Assembly (NCBI GenBank): GCA_004764695.1
Contig: SMSO01000032.1
Coordinates: 1,922,001-1,986,000 of the forward strand
Reading direction: 5' to 3'
Source of the DNA: Schizochytrium sp. TIO01
Lineage: Eukaryota > Protista > Bigyra: Labyrinthulomycetes
DNA: 64,000 nucleotides
The notes beneath the pieces are model-generated. The model was not told the DNA's origin and did no database searches. It worked only from the letters and a program-made list of their open reading frames with translations. Both the position numbers and the translations under genes were made by a program. This document shows positions 47,059 through 59,161 of this stretch, piece after piece; within the stretch, counting starts at the first letter, position 1, and each line of letters opens with the position of its first letter.

Positions 47059-50000
47059 TTTTTTAAAAACAATAACAATCAGAGCAACAAACGATCTGTT
47101 CAAATGATAGTATACCTACTACCTACCTCTCTTTCGCGTTCACGATATTTGCTGTTATTTGCTGCTTGTTTTGTGTTTTTTCCTGCCGAGCGCCAATGTC
47201 TGCGTTTGGCGGCCCTTTTGCATCTTCTCTGGAGAAGGCCACGCAAAGGGTAAACGGCCGCATCGAATTATCTTCGAGTTCCTCGCTGATCCTTTCTGGG
47301 TTCTTTGCGGTCAAATTTTGATCGAGCCTTCTTTCGAAGTCTTTTATTATCTTTTTTTCGTTCTCTTTTCCTCTCCTAACGTTCGCAGTTTTCCACGCAT
47401 TTCTATTCAACTACTCCTACTTTATTTTATTTTTAAAAATCAAATAAAAACCACCTGCTCGTAACAAGAAGAAGAAGAAGAAGAAGAACTTAGTAAACGC
47501 AACTCTCTTTTCCCTTGTTTTATTTATTTAAAATAAATTAAATAGACAAAACACCGCTGCGAAGTACTAAAGAAGGACGAGAACAGATAAACACTGTGAG
47601 AACGAGTTATATTTTAGTTCCGCAGCTCCGCTCCGCCAGGCGGCGGGGTGCCGCCGCTGCCATCACAGCCGGCGGCTGCCTTGCAGGGCGGCGTGCGCGG
47701 CTGCCTCGGCACCCCGCCGCCTGCGTGCCTGGCAGCCGGCGGCTCGCCTTGGGCCGGGCGCGAGCCCGAAGACTCGCTCGGCTTTTGGTCGGGGCTTCGC
47801 TCACACTGGTGATTGATTGATTGATTGATTGACTGAGCAGGTTTCGAACTGATTGCTGATCAACTGAAATGAATCGGCGGAGAGGCCACTTCAGATCTCG
47901 CAGCGTCGAGGCGTCGCGGCAAGCTGGCCAGGCACCGCGCGAGCGGCAGACGAGCAGGCGTGTGGGGCCAGGCCTCGAGGCGGAGGCGAGGCGCCATGAA
48001 AGTAAACTCAAGAAGGAAACGCAGCTTGAAGTGGCCAGAGCAAAGGAAGATCCCTCGTTTGAGCAGCTCCCGTCTATTTTCAAATACTAAATATTATTTC
48101 TTTTTAATTGTATTTTATTTAATTGTATTTTATTTAATTGTATTTTATTTAATACTCAAGACAGTGAGTGATGATATTTTGAAATTCAATAGGTACTCAC
48201 TAAGTAGGATGATGGGCTCTACCTTTTTATGAATGCCCTCAGAACATCAATGTGTTTTTGTTTTTGCTGCTGTTCTTTTTTTCTTCTTCTTCTCTAAGAA
48301 CGAAGTCCGCAGGCACTAACTGACTGGGCTTGATTGATTGATTGCGTGCTTTTGCTTGCTTGCTCTCTGCATGAAAGATCGTTAAAGTGGCATCACTCTT
48401 TCAAAATCTCTCAATGGCCTGAGGAGAATAAACTTCGAAGCGAAAAGATCACCACCTTTTATACATCTTCCAGGGCAGAGAGCGGCATAGCCAAGCGAAC
48501 TCGCATTGCACTCGAGATCCGCTTTGAAGATCTATCTATTCGTGCGACCGCTCTTTGACGTGCATGCGAGCGTAAACAAACAAACAAACAGACAAACAAA
48601 TAAATAAAACAGGGCAAAGCCCTCGCCTATCCTTTGCGGATGAAATACATGAAGAAGAAACAACAGGTGTGCACGAAGTCGGGTCCGGCGCCCTTCTGTC
48701 TGTCTATCTGTCTATCTGTCTGTCTGCTCATCTCTAATTTCGCCAACTAGGTCGTGAAGAAGAGAGCTTTCTCTGTTTATTATGCTAGAGCACTGAGCAG
48801 AGCAGACTATCATTTTGTTTATTTTTGGTATAGTTGATAATAGTAATAATAATTGTATTGGTACTAATAGGTTAAGTCAAGTTGTGAAAGAATCTCTTTC
48901 TCTTTTGAAAAAAGAATACAATGAGAGTGCGCATGAGCAACGTGACGAGAATCAGTTTCTGACGGGTTCTATGAGAAGCCTTTACAAGCACCTTCCTCTT
49001 TTTCTTTTCCCTTTTTCCTTTTTTCTTAAGTCTCTGTTTTCGCCCAATGGCGGAAACTAAAGGGTCCGCCCATCTCCCTCTCTATGTAGAGACATTATTT
49101 CATTTTGCTTCTTAAATTATAAACGACGACGAAGAAGAAGAAGAAGAAGAAGAAGAAGAAGAAGAAGGAGAAGAAAACTACTCTCTGGCTATGTCTCTTT
49201 CTCACCTCAGACGCTCCTAGCCCTGCTTGTTTGTCTTCTATTAGGCCGACTAAGTAGTGTTGAAGAACGGCTGTCTTCTATTCTTCTCGTTTGCCTTCGT
49301 TTTCCGTCCTTTCTTTCTCCGTAGGGGCCTCTATGTAATGTCTACTATCTAGCTTCTGCATCCTTCTTTGATGGGAACTTCAAATAATAAAAGGGTAGTA
49401 AGACAGGTCATAGGCGAAAAGCTAGAGGGGAGTAGATTCAAAGAGAACGAAAGGAAAAGAGAGAGAGAGAGAGAGCTCCGAGTCGGCGCCAGTTCTTGAG
49501 ACCCTTCGAAGCTTAATTCCGGTTCCTCTGGCAGAGATTGGAGTTGCCGCGGAGACGATAGATTCGCGCGGGTTGGTTGGAGAAACTTGAATAACGCGCG
49601 GGCGCATTCAAGGGTGTAAGCCTTGGAAGCGCAGGCTTTCTGTCTTTCTTTCTTTCATAAACGCGCTGGGGAAGCCCAAGTAAACAAGCAAGAAGATGCA
49701 AAGCGTGGGTTGCTGCAGCCTCTCGATCACTAGCTACTTTTCGAAAACTAGCTCTAGCTAAGAGAAATAGAGATTGTTTGTTTAAATTTGAAAACTCTTT
49801 TCTTTTCTTTTTTTTTCTCTCTCTTTTTAAAAGAACTACTAATAATAATAATGGATCATAATGAGGGAAATGAAACATTCGATAGGTTACTGCATTTGTA
49901 GATTGGAAAATATGCTGAGGAATTAGAAGAGAATCTAAAGGAAATAGCTCATACGTGAAGACTTGGTTGGAGTCCCTCAACCAATCCGCTCAAAAAGCCG

Positions 50001-51768
50001 CCTCTCTACCGCATAGCTCCGCTTGGCGGACTCCTCTTTGCCTTTCTCACCTCTCGCCCTTGCCTGTCTTTCTACTTTCAAGAAACAGAAGAGAAATGCT
50101 CCCAAACCTTCGTTCCACCGGTCCTCCCTGAGTATAGTGAGCCATTCATTCATTACCCAATCCTACTAGCGGTGATTGAGCGCTGAGCCATATATAATAA
50201 ACCGATATACATATATATATATATATATATATATTGTACCTACTGGTACAGAGAGTGAGACTACCATTGGCTGTTGGTCGCCCAACGATGTTGGTATTTG
50301 AAGAGATGGAATTGGTGGACAGATAGATGGAGGAGCCTTCGGCCGACAAGCTCTGCCAAGGTCGCCCTCGAGGAGGGTTGGTTCATAGAGGTCGAGCTCA
50401 AAGGTTCACGATATCTGGCGTCATGAATGAGTTACATACGGCGGCGCAAATAAAACGATTGATTGATTGATTCATTCATTCATTCATTCATTCATTCATT
50501 CATTGATTAGCCTTGAATTGCCAGAGAGAGGGTGAGCGATGACGCGAAGGATCCGCGAGCACCGGCGACTTCCACAATCTCTGTGGTGGCGCATTCAATA
50601 TTTGCCAAATTCCACTTCTCTTGAAAAGGAGTGGTGCGTGCTTAATCAATACAGACAGGGCGGTACACAATTTATTTAGCTTTTGAGAATGAATTGTTTA
50701 TTCGTTCTAAAACCAGGGTCCTTGTTGAAAGAAAGCCACGAGTGGTTCTTTCCCTCCTTCATTAGTTCACAGCGGTATACTCCACCCTGTCTGCATAGGG
50801 CCGTCTAGTCTATTCCAGCATGGCTCCCCGGCGAGTCACTCATCAGTTCTTTTAGTTAGAAGTTACGTAGGAAGGTAATTAATTGTACTATCCAAGCAGG
50901 TTTTTCTAATAAACAGAGCATTCACAAAACTGAAATTTATCGTACCGGCGTCATCAGAGAGTGAGAACATTTCGAACTCAAGTTCATTCAATGTGTCTTT
51001 CCAAGCAAGAGAATGAGGATATGATAAAGCCAAGCTCTTACTTACACACAAATGGCTAACGGGCGCCACGAGGGAGAGGCGGAAACAGCTTCCACGCAAA
51101 CGAAGTCTACTGCGGCAAGCAAATTCGTAGGACATCGCATCTTTGCAGAAGAACTTGGCGCTTTCGGATAGACTGGTGGTGAAGTGAATAACTAACTGGG
51201 TGGTGTAGCTAGATAGAGCATTTCGTATCGTGACGTTATTTCGCAGAGGAGAAGTAGGCAGGATTTGTCATGAAAGAATGGGAAAGAATCGAAGCTTGTC
51301 TGGCGGGAGGCGCTTTTGATTTTTTCTTGTATATGTATGTTTTTGTTTTGTTTTATTTTATTTTCAGATAATGTTAATTTCAAAGTAAAAGTAAATGGAC
51401 AAATGAATAGCTCTTGCATGGGGTTCGCTCTTCTTCCCAGTTCTGTTCCCGCTGGGTCCGCTAGGCAAGCAAAGAGAGGGCGCGAGAAGGACTTGGAGAA
51501 AGAGAAGAACAGGGCGGTGCCATTCGAGCAGGCAATAGAGCGATAGAAATCGAAGAAACTGCGAGCATGAAGTAATTCCAGCTCAGTGCGAGAGGCTCCA
51601 ACGCCGAAGAGCAGAATAATTGGCATCGAGAGAGGTCGAAACACTAATCCATCGAAGAATCGATGAATCGATTGATGAATTGATTGTGCCATCATTGCTT
51701 TCTGCACTTCGTCTTCTTCTTCCTCCTGTTACTGCCTTTCTTTTCTGTTATGAACATTTTAATTTGAT

Positions 51769-51903
51769 AAAAGAAAAGAAAAAGAAAAGAAAAGAAAAGA
51801 AAAGAAAAGAAAAGAAAAGAAAAGAAAAGAAAAGAAAAGAAAAGAAAAGAAAAGAAAAGAAAAGAAAAGAAAAGAAAAGAAAAGAAAAAGAAAAAGAAAA
51901 AAA
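51769..51903. repeat. (AAAAG)n microsatellite
   Basis: Visible directly. Confidence 0.97.
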
Positions 51904-52380
51904 GATATCAATATAAATACATGTCCATTTCCTATTTTTAGTTAGAATGAACACAACCGAAACAGTCGAACTCTAAGAGGAGAATTCTTTGTTTGCTTGC
52001 TTCTTTCTCACAGTAAGCAGACCGGTATACGAATCGGTAGTGATGGTTAGTTCTTTCGTTCGCTCGTTCGCTAGCTAGTTACTAAGAGGTCCCTGTAGCA
52101 GGTCCCTGCCTCCCTGTGATTCTCATTATTGAGGAGTTCCTTCTTCTCCTCTGATCTGTTCTTTTGCTGAGAGCAGCAGCAGATAGAAAGAGAGAGAGAG
52201 ATAGAGAGATAGCGGCTCAGCAGCGCGCTCCTCGAGAGCAGAAATGACCAAAGAGAACGGGGGAGCGAGGGAACGGAGAGCGAGCGAGCTTCAAGGTTCA
52301 CGCGCCTCGCTCCTTCGTAGGAGCAGAAAGACAGGCGAAGAAAGAACTGGCTGAGTGAATGTCTCTCTGTCTTGCTCGTT

Positions 52381-52484
52381 TCTTTGTTGGTTGTTTGTTT
52401 ATTTGTTTGTTGAATTTGTTTGTTTGTTTGTTTGTTTGTTTATTGAATTTGTTTGTTTGTTTGTTTGTTTGTTTGTTTGTTTGT
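52381..52484. repeat. Interrupted (TTTG)n microsatellite
   Basis: Visible directly. Confidence 0.9.
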
Positions 52485-53034
52485 TGATTTATTTGGTTGG
52501 TTGAATGGTTGAATGGTTCTTTTTACTCGTCTTTGCTGTGAGAGGATTGGTGCATTGAGCGGGAGAGAGAAAGAGCGCAGGAGCATGGTAGAGCGAAAAC
52601 AGCTGTGCTTGTGGTAACTAACTTTCTTTCTTTTCTTCTCTTCTCTTCTTTTCTTTCCTCTGTTTTCTTGTGCTATGTATAAGAAATTGAAATTTTCTTT
52701 CAAGTGTTCTACTATATTGATTGATATTAATAATTGATGAAAAAGAGATCACTCTGAAAAAAAAAATTGATTTCTCATTATGTTAACACGGGGGGAAAGA
52801 GAGATAAAGAGCTCAGGTCTCAAAAGAGAGAGCAGAAACTCTAGCTGAGCCTAGCTAGGCACTAAGGCTTGCTTAGTCGAAGAGTTGTGAAACTAAGTTG
52901 AAGAGAGTGGTGTGGTGTGCAATTGCTTTTCTTTCCATTTTCCTTTTTCCTTTTTCCTCGCTCTCTGGTTTTTTCGCTTTTTTGCGTGCTTGCTTTCTTT
53001 CTCTTTTCTTTTTATGGCTGGCTGTGGAGCGAAC

Positions 53035-53037
<3 letters not shown>

Positions 53038-53078
<41 letters not shown>

Positions 53079-53080
53079 AA
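53038..53080. repeat. (AAAG)n microsatellite
   Basis: Visible directly. Confidence 0.93.
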
Positions 53081-53687
53081 TTGAATTGAAAGAAACTAAG
53101 AAAGAAACCAAATTCGAATAAACGAGCGATCAGACAGACAGAGAGACAGAGAGAGAAAGCTCGCTGCCAAGCGATCGATCGCTCCGTCGCTCCAGCGCAG
53201 CGCAGCGCAACAGAGCCGTGCGCGGCATCGAGGAGCGGCGCCGCGGGCAATTACAGTGATCGGAAAGCGACAATTCCGTGGCACACTCGCACTGGCCAAA
53301 CGCAAAGTGTGGCACGGAGCAGAGCAGTTTTGCTTGCTTGTGCTCGTGCTTTCAAAATAGAGAAAGAAATATTTTATTTTATTTTACTTTATTTTACTTT
53401 ATTCTATTTTATTTTATTTTATTTTAAAATATCTACAGAAAGAAAAGCTAGGTAGGTAGCTGCCAACTAGCTGTGAATAGGTAGGAGCCAAGTAGGCTGC
53501 CTTAGGCTCTGGCTTGAAATAAAAAGAGTCGAGGGAGTCAGCAAAACTTGAATTGAATTGAATTCAATTCTCTTTCATATTCTGGACGCCATTTGGGGCG
53601 AAAGGAACACCCAAAGAGCTTGGTCGAAAAGCACGAACGGCAGCAGGACAGCGAGGAGCTGGCTGTGGAAATTGTCGTGACTTAGAA

Positions 53688-54755
53688 ATGGTGGCCGGTG
53701 CAGAGAAGGTGAAAACCATGGACGCAGACCTGCGCTGCGTGCAGCGCAAGCTTGCTAGTCTTGCGATTCAGAGCGAGGGCAAATGCGGACTCGGCTCTGC
53801 AGCAAGCTCCAGGTCGAGCTCGACGTCTTCAGTGCCAGAACTCGCATCAGAAGCATCCGTGGCCTCTGCATCATCATATTACCCCTCAGCATCAGAGCAA
53901 GTGGACAAATCCTCGCTGAGTAGCCCTTCTTCAATTAAATCGCGTGAACTACCTCACGAAGAACACCTCGATCATCATGACGTCTCTCTTGTCTGGCGCA
54001 ACGAAGACGGTAAGGAGCCCGGACCTCACAGAATTTATATTGGCAGCGAGAAAATGTCTAGGTATCGCAAAGCGCTCGACAAATTCGGCATCCGCACAAT
54101 CGTAAACTGCACACGTGGCGCAGAAAACAAATATCGCGACGACCCGGAGTTTAAGTATCTCAAAGTCGAATTGAGCGACGATAATTGTGAAGTGCTCCTG
54201 GACAAACTCCCGGCAGCCACCCGATATATTGAGAATGATGGCGATGGCGAAATTGTACTCATTCATTGCAGTAAGGGTGTATCTCGAAGCGTTTCTGTTT
54301 TTATTGCATGGCTCATTGCATATCGTGGCATGTCCTTGAGGGACTCTCTTGCGCTTGTTAAGGAGCGCAGATCTCTATCAAACCCGAATATGGGTTTTAT
54401 CAAGCAACTCATGACTTATGAAAAGGAGCAACTCGGACGGACCTCCTTGTCCATGGACGACTTCCTCCCGTGCCCTGTATGCCTGCAAGTCAACTTTGAT
54501 AGTGATTACTTTTCTTGTGGCCACCGTTGCTGCCGCTCTTGCCTTCTTAAGTTTCCTGAAGGCGCCAAATGTGCGCATTGCGCATATCGTGACTCCGAAG
54601 AAGAAGAAGAAGAGGATGAGACGGAACTCAACGCTCACGATCACGTACAGACGCGTATGAGAAAGCGCTCAAAGAGCATTGAAGATCTCAGCTCGTGGCG
54701 TACCGCCTTGCCCCCTCCCCAACCTTGTGCATCTCCGCCCCCAATGGCTGATTAA
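53688..54755 (+). CDS. Dual-specificity protein phosphatase with C-terminal C3HC4 RING finger
   Basis: 'IYIGS', 'GIRTIVNCT', the D-loop in 'VELSDDN', catalytic 'VLIHCSKGVSRS' and 'NPNMGFIKQL', followed by CPVC-x11-CGH-x2-C-x2-C-x9-C-x2-C. Confidence 0.9.
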   Translation: MVAGAEKVKTMDADLRCVQRKLASLAIQSEGKCGLGSAASSRSSSTSSVPELASEASVASASSYYPSASEQVDKSSLSSPSSIKSRELPHEEHLDHHDVSLVWRNEDGKEPGPHRIYIGSEKMSRYRKALDKFGIRTIVNCTRGAENKYRDDPEFKYLKVELSDDNCEVLLDKLPAATRYIENDGDGEIVLIHCSKGVSRSVSVFIAWLIAYRGMSLRDSLALVKERRSLSNPNMGFIKQLMTYEKEQLGRTSLSMDDFLPCPVCLQVNFDSDYFSCGHRCCRSCLLKFPEGAKCAHCAYRDSEEEEEEDETELNAHDHVQTRMRKRSKSIEDLSSWRTALPPPQPCASPPPMAD

Positions 54756-56568
54756 ATGCACACGTATATCTCTTCACACACATACCTTCTTCCTGCCTTT
54801 CTTCACGCAACGGATTTTCTAGTAGTTCGTTTCAACCATCCCGTTGCGTGGCTTGTCACACATGATATACAATACACACATGGTACGCAAACCTCTTCAC
54901 AAGTGTTTACATTTGTTTGCTGCTATAATGAATTGGCTTTAACTGGAAAGCAAAAGAAAATGTACAGGGAGATTTCATGTCCGATTGCTTTTTCGTAGTG
55001 AAAGCAGCAATGCATGAATTTAATCAATTTATCCCGTGCGCACAGTAATAACAGGTCTAGGCCTGCGTTTTGACACTACGATTAACTCTTCTCTCGTATC
55101 TCGTAGCACTAAATGTCATGACTTGTTCAGGTAAATACGTGCCGCTGGCCAGATTGCTCTGGTTTCTAGTAGCAAACCTTTCTCAACATAATACAAAAAT
55201 ACACACAATACACAAATCAGATTTTATTTATTTTCTTTCAAATGTATCTTCTTGACCACCCTCGCATCCCGATCCCTTTGAATATAATCTTTGATAAGTT
55301 CAAGCCTTTCTTGTATACGAATTCCACTTAAGAATTCTTTGAGATCCAGTATCAGTGAAGTAAAGTAAGTTTCTTTTTTAATATGAGATGATGAAAGACT
55401 CTATCTGTCTATCTCTCAGATATGAACTGGTTGTAAAATCGAATGCACCGCCTGCTTGAGTCCTGGTTTTTATTGCGTTTTCATCAATCAATATGACTTA
55501 GCCCCTCATTTTTTCCCCCCGCAATTTTTGAAAACGCAAACGTGTTCCAAGGAATCACGATATACTACGATCTAGTATGAAAATATGTTACACCATGTAA
55601 TCAAGATTAAGCTAGATATGCCAAATGTAGATTATGAAATGAAGCATCTGCAGCTTACATGAGGATGAGTCAGACGTTTAAAAGGTGTATTTATTCAGGT
55701 ATAGATAATCAAGCTTGCATTAGGCGAGCCCCTATGCCAAAGAATTTTAGCCAAAGCATCATGGTGATTATTGAACTTTGAATCCAAAAAGGAACAATCG
55801 TTTGTCAAGACAATAGTTCTTATCAGAGGACAAGGTTGGATAGCCTTTCTGAAAGGAGGGCAAGGCAAGAAAATAGACGGATTCGGACTCCTTACCTTCA
55901 AATGAAGTTGTGTTCTGGCGGCCCACGAGAGTGAGACTTAGTCTTAAACCCGTGTCCTAAATGCAAGTTGAGTGCGATAGTTCCTTCCATGGAAATTAAT
56001 GGTACAGTCGCAAAGATCAAAGCTTGCCCGTTGGGTGGAGCTGCTGCCAGAAGAAGTTTAGCAAGATATTCTGTTCATTGTGAACTCAAGGCAACGGCAC
56101 GATTAATTCTTATGTTTGTAAAGCTTCCGAGTAAAGCTAGTTACCATGTTAGTCAAAAGACTGTGGAATAGCATCAAGGATAAAGATATGCAAACCAAGG
56201 AAAGCTTGACACTGCATAGTTAGATCAATTAAGCCCAAGTCTGCCTCAAGCGCCACAAGTATCACATCAACAGATATTACCTCCACCATCGGACAAAGCT
56301 AGAGAATTCGAAATACAAGTTATGCACCCAACCCTCCACTATTAACAAGCGATACCATCCCCCTAAAGTTCCAGATGCATTTAAATGATACCAGATTTTG
56401 CAGAATTTATTCTGCAAGCTACCTCGCGAGCAAGGCCCCACATGTCGATGATTATTCGTGTTGTTGCAATTGTTGGTCTTTTTGTGAAATGAACTCAAAG
56501 GCTAACTGGAGCTAGGTGTTGATCAAAGTAGTTATGCGTGTATTTATGTATGTATTTAGCAGGCAGGA

Positions 56569-56838
56569 TTACTTGATGAGCTTCTCGACGACGCCCTGGA
56601 CCTCCTTGGCGCTCATGCCCTCGACGCTAATGGCCTCCTCCTTACCCTTGGCAAAGCGGGCCATCACACGGGGCTGGGCGCCCTCGCACTCACGGACAAG
56701 CAGGGGGAACTTGGGGTTAGCCTGCTTGAGAGGTACGTAGGAAGACTTGAGAAAGTCGCGAACGCCCTTGGAGCCCTCACCGGACGTGCAGAAGACGAAC
56801 CTGAGCTCGCGAGCATGCTGTGCGATCTTGGAGGCCAT
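56569..56838 (-). CDS. NDUFA2: NADH dehydrogenase (complex I) subunit B8
   Basis: 'RELRFVFCTSGEGSKGVRDFL...YVPLKQANPKFPLLVRECEGAQPRVMARF..GKE' matches CI-B8; codon bias typical of a highly expressed gene. Confidence 0.93.
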   Translation of the reverse strand: MASKIAQHARELRFVFCTSGEGSKGVRDFLKSSYVPLKQANPKFPLLVRECEGAQPRVMARFAKGKEEAISVEGMSAKEVQGVVEKLIK

Positions 56839-57482
56839 CTTGATTAGCAGTTGCTGGAGATCCTAAAGATGCGAAACTGAAGAGCGGTCCGCCGTGAAGA
56901 AGCCCGGAAGGTGCTATAAAACTGGACGAGTCTCGCGCGATATCCCTTCGCAACGAGAGCTATGACTGATGCCGTCTGCACGCACAAAAGCAGAAGAACA
57001 AACAACAAGCGTAGACAAGAGCAGTGAACAAATATAAGCAATAACAGCAGCAGAAAACTAGCTATCAGTCAATTGTATAATAGCCTATAAATAGACAAAG
57101 TCTATATTTACTCACCTCTGTCAATAGAATTAAAATGGTAGCAATAGAACAAACGCAGAAAACTACTACTACCTACTGCTGCCTAGTGCTGCCCAGTAAG
57201 TGGTGCAAAAATAAGCAAGATGCCAACTCTTCAAAACTGAAGGAAGGAGTTGGATGTACATAAAGACACCAATCAACTAGAAGAAGAAACACATAGATAA
57301 ATGAACAGTTGGTTTATAATATACAAAACGACCATAGTCAAAGCAATCCATCCCTAGTTCTTCCTCAGGCATACATGCCTTCCCAGCACTCTCAAAAGCA
57401 ATCGCAGAAAACCCAATTCCTTCGCCATCTTCATTTTAAAGTCAAATCCCTTCTTCCTGCCTCCTTAAGAAACCACCTTAAC

Positions 57483-57776
57483 GAAGCCGTGCGCAGACCT
57501 CCGGTGGCAGCGCACGCCGCGGCGAGGGCGTGGTAGGGCTTTAAATAGAGTATTCATGATAGGGTATAAAGCTGACTTATAACTCACTTGCGGTGAGTGG
57601 AGGTAAGTGGGTTTAAGTGGAGTACAAGTTAAGCAAAACCAAGCTCTGGTTCTTAGACGGACAGCCACTTAATAATGCCCACTGAGCGCGATCGTCTTCA
57701 CCCATGTTATCCGCCTTTGGGCGGAGCGTCTGTTAAGGACGGTATAGGATATCTTAGCAGATGAGTGGACTCCGTT
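57483..57776 (+). ncRNA. Candidate structured non-coding RNA, family unassigned
   Basis: Six or more stems of 6-11 bp in ~300 nt, with G-U pairs that work on the + strand. No credible ORF; TATAAA at 57565. Confidence 0.35.
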
Positions 57777-59161
57777 CAATTAGGTATATCAATGATAAAT
57801 GGACAAATGAAATGTCGTGACGTCGAATTTGTCGAATGCTAATTGGGCAGGCAAGCATCATGAAAGCATTGTGGAGGACTTCGAGCTTCGTGCCTAGGGG
57901 AAAGGCTTTCGCCTTTTCTCTAAAGGTTATTTATGCAGAAGGCAAGCAAGCCACAGTACATGGCATGATTTTCATGCACGCAGAATCGAATGAATGATTG
58001 AATGAATGAACGAATGGAAAAGTAACAAGGTTAAAGAGCATCGATTAGGGTCAATCAGAGAAAAGAAATGGAGGTCTTTCTTTCTGTTTTTGGCCCTGAA
58101 TTGCACGAGGGAAATACTAATCATGATTCCTGCTCACAGACCTCGTAATACCTTGAAATCCTGAACTTAAAAGAGTGTTGCACGTATAGGTCCTTGCGTA
58201 TCTCGTCCTTTGTCTATCTCTGCGCGAAAAGGACAAATGTAAACTAAAGAAAATCCAAGTTACCGAAAAAAGGATGCTTGAAGCTACTACTAGTCCTTAT
58301 ACAAAACCAGTTATTTGTTGCTATAAAGAAAAATTGTTTTTCATTTTGTTTCTCTTTTTTGCTTTCAAACAGGTAGCAAAGTCGATCATAGATCGACCAA
58401 AGCCCAACCCGTTTAGGGCATCGGTCTCCGATCGACCTGCTACAGAGGTTGGTCGTGCTCAAGAGGGGCAGCTGAGTTTATCAAATACGCACATACCGCG
58501 GAGGTGTGTGCAGCTGAGCGCTATTTGCTTTGAAGGCAGTCTGTGCGACTCCTGCGCTAGTTTGGTTGATTGACCAAGCGAGGAGACGATCATTCTCAAG
58601 CTAGACTTTGCTTAGCACGAGCACCAAACATCCTCTTTGGAGAGGGATAACGAGAGGAACCGTGGATTTCTGTCAGCGTTAGAATACTTTGGCTCCCTCT
58701 CGTGTAGACGACTGGGGCTGCGACATTTTTCCAGACCTGTAAGTGCTTGCGATATTGTAGTTTTATTCCTTTGGGGGTTTCCGTAGACCCCTCCTCCCGA
58801 ACGTCCTAGATTTCACGCGGACCAAAGTGTCAGAGCTAAACCCCATTCGACAAACTTCAGTCTCGCAGTTCAACACCTCTGTCAAGTGAAGTCAAGCCTC
58901 GCTGATTGATGTCTACTTCATCAAACTTGATTCCCATCGAGAGACGATGATGTTTGACGAAAGAATTTATGCTAGGTTCTACTGGTCCTTTGGTCTAGCG
59001 TTTTTTTAGATAGGTCTTGATCAAAGTTTACTAACATACCTCATGCCGCTGTTTGTGTTGATGCTGCTGCTGCACGCACGACTTGTTTGATCAATTGAAT
59101 TCATTTTTTTTTTACATACCACAGAGATTACTAGGTACACCTTTCAATCCTGTTAGCGAAG

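Noticed and set aside
51620-51954. Lys/Arg/Glu-rich and Phe-rich ORFs
   Set aside because: Translations of the (AAAAG)n repeat.
57598-57625. U1 snRNA 5' end (ACTTACCT on the minus strand) or telomerase template
   Set aside because: No U1 loop I/II motifs or Sm site follow, and the sequence is not a clean template for a standard telomeric repeat.
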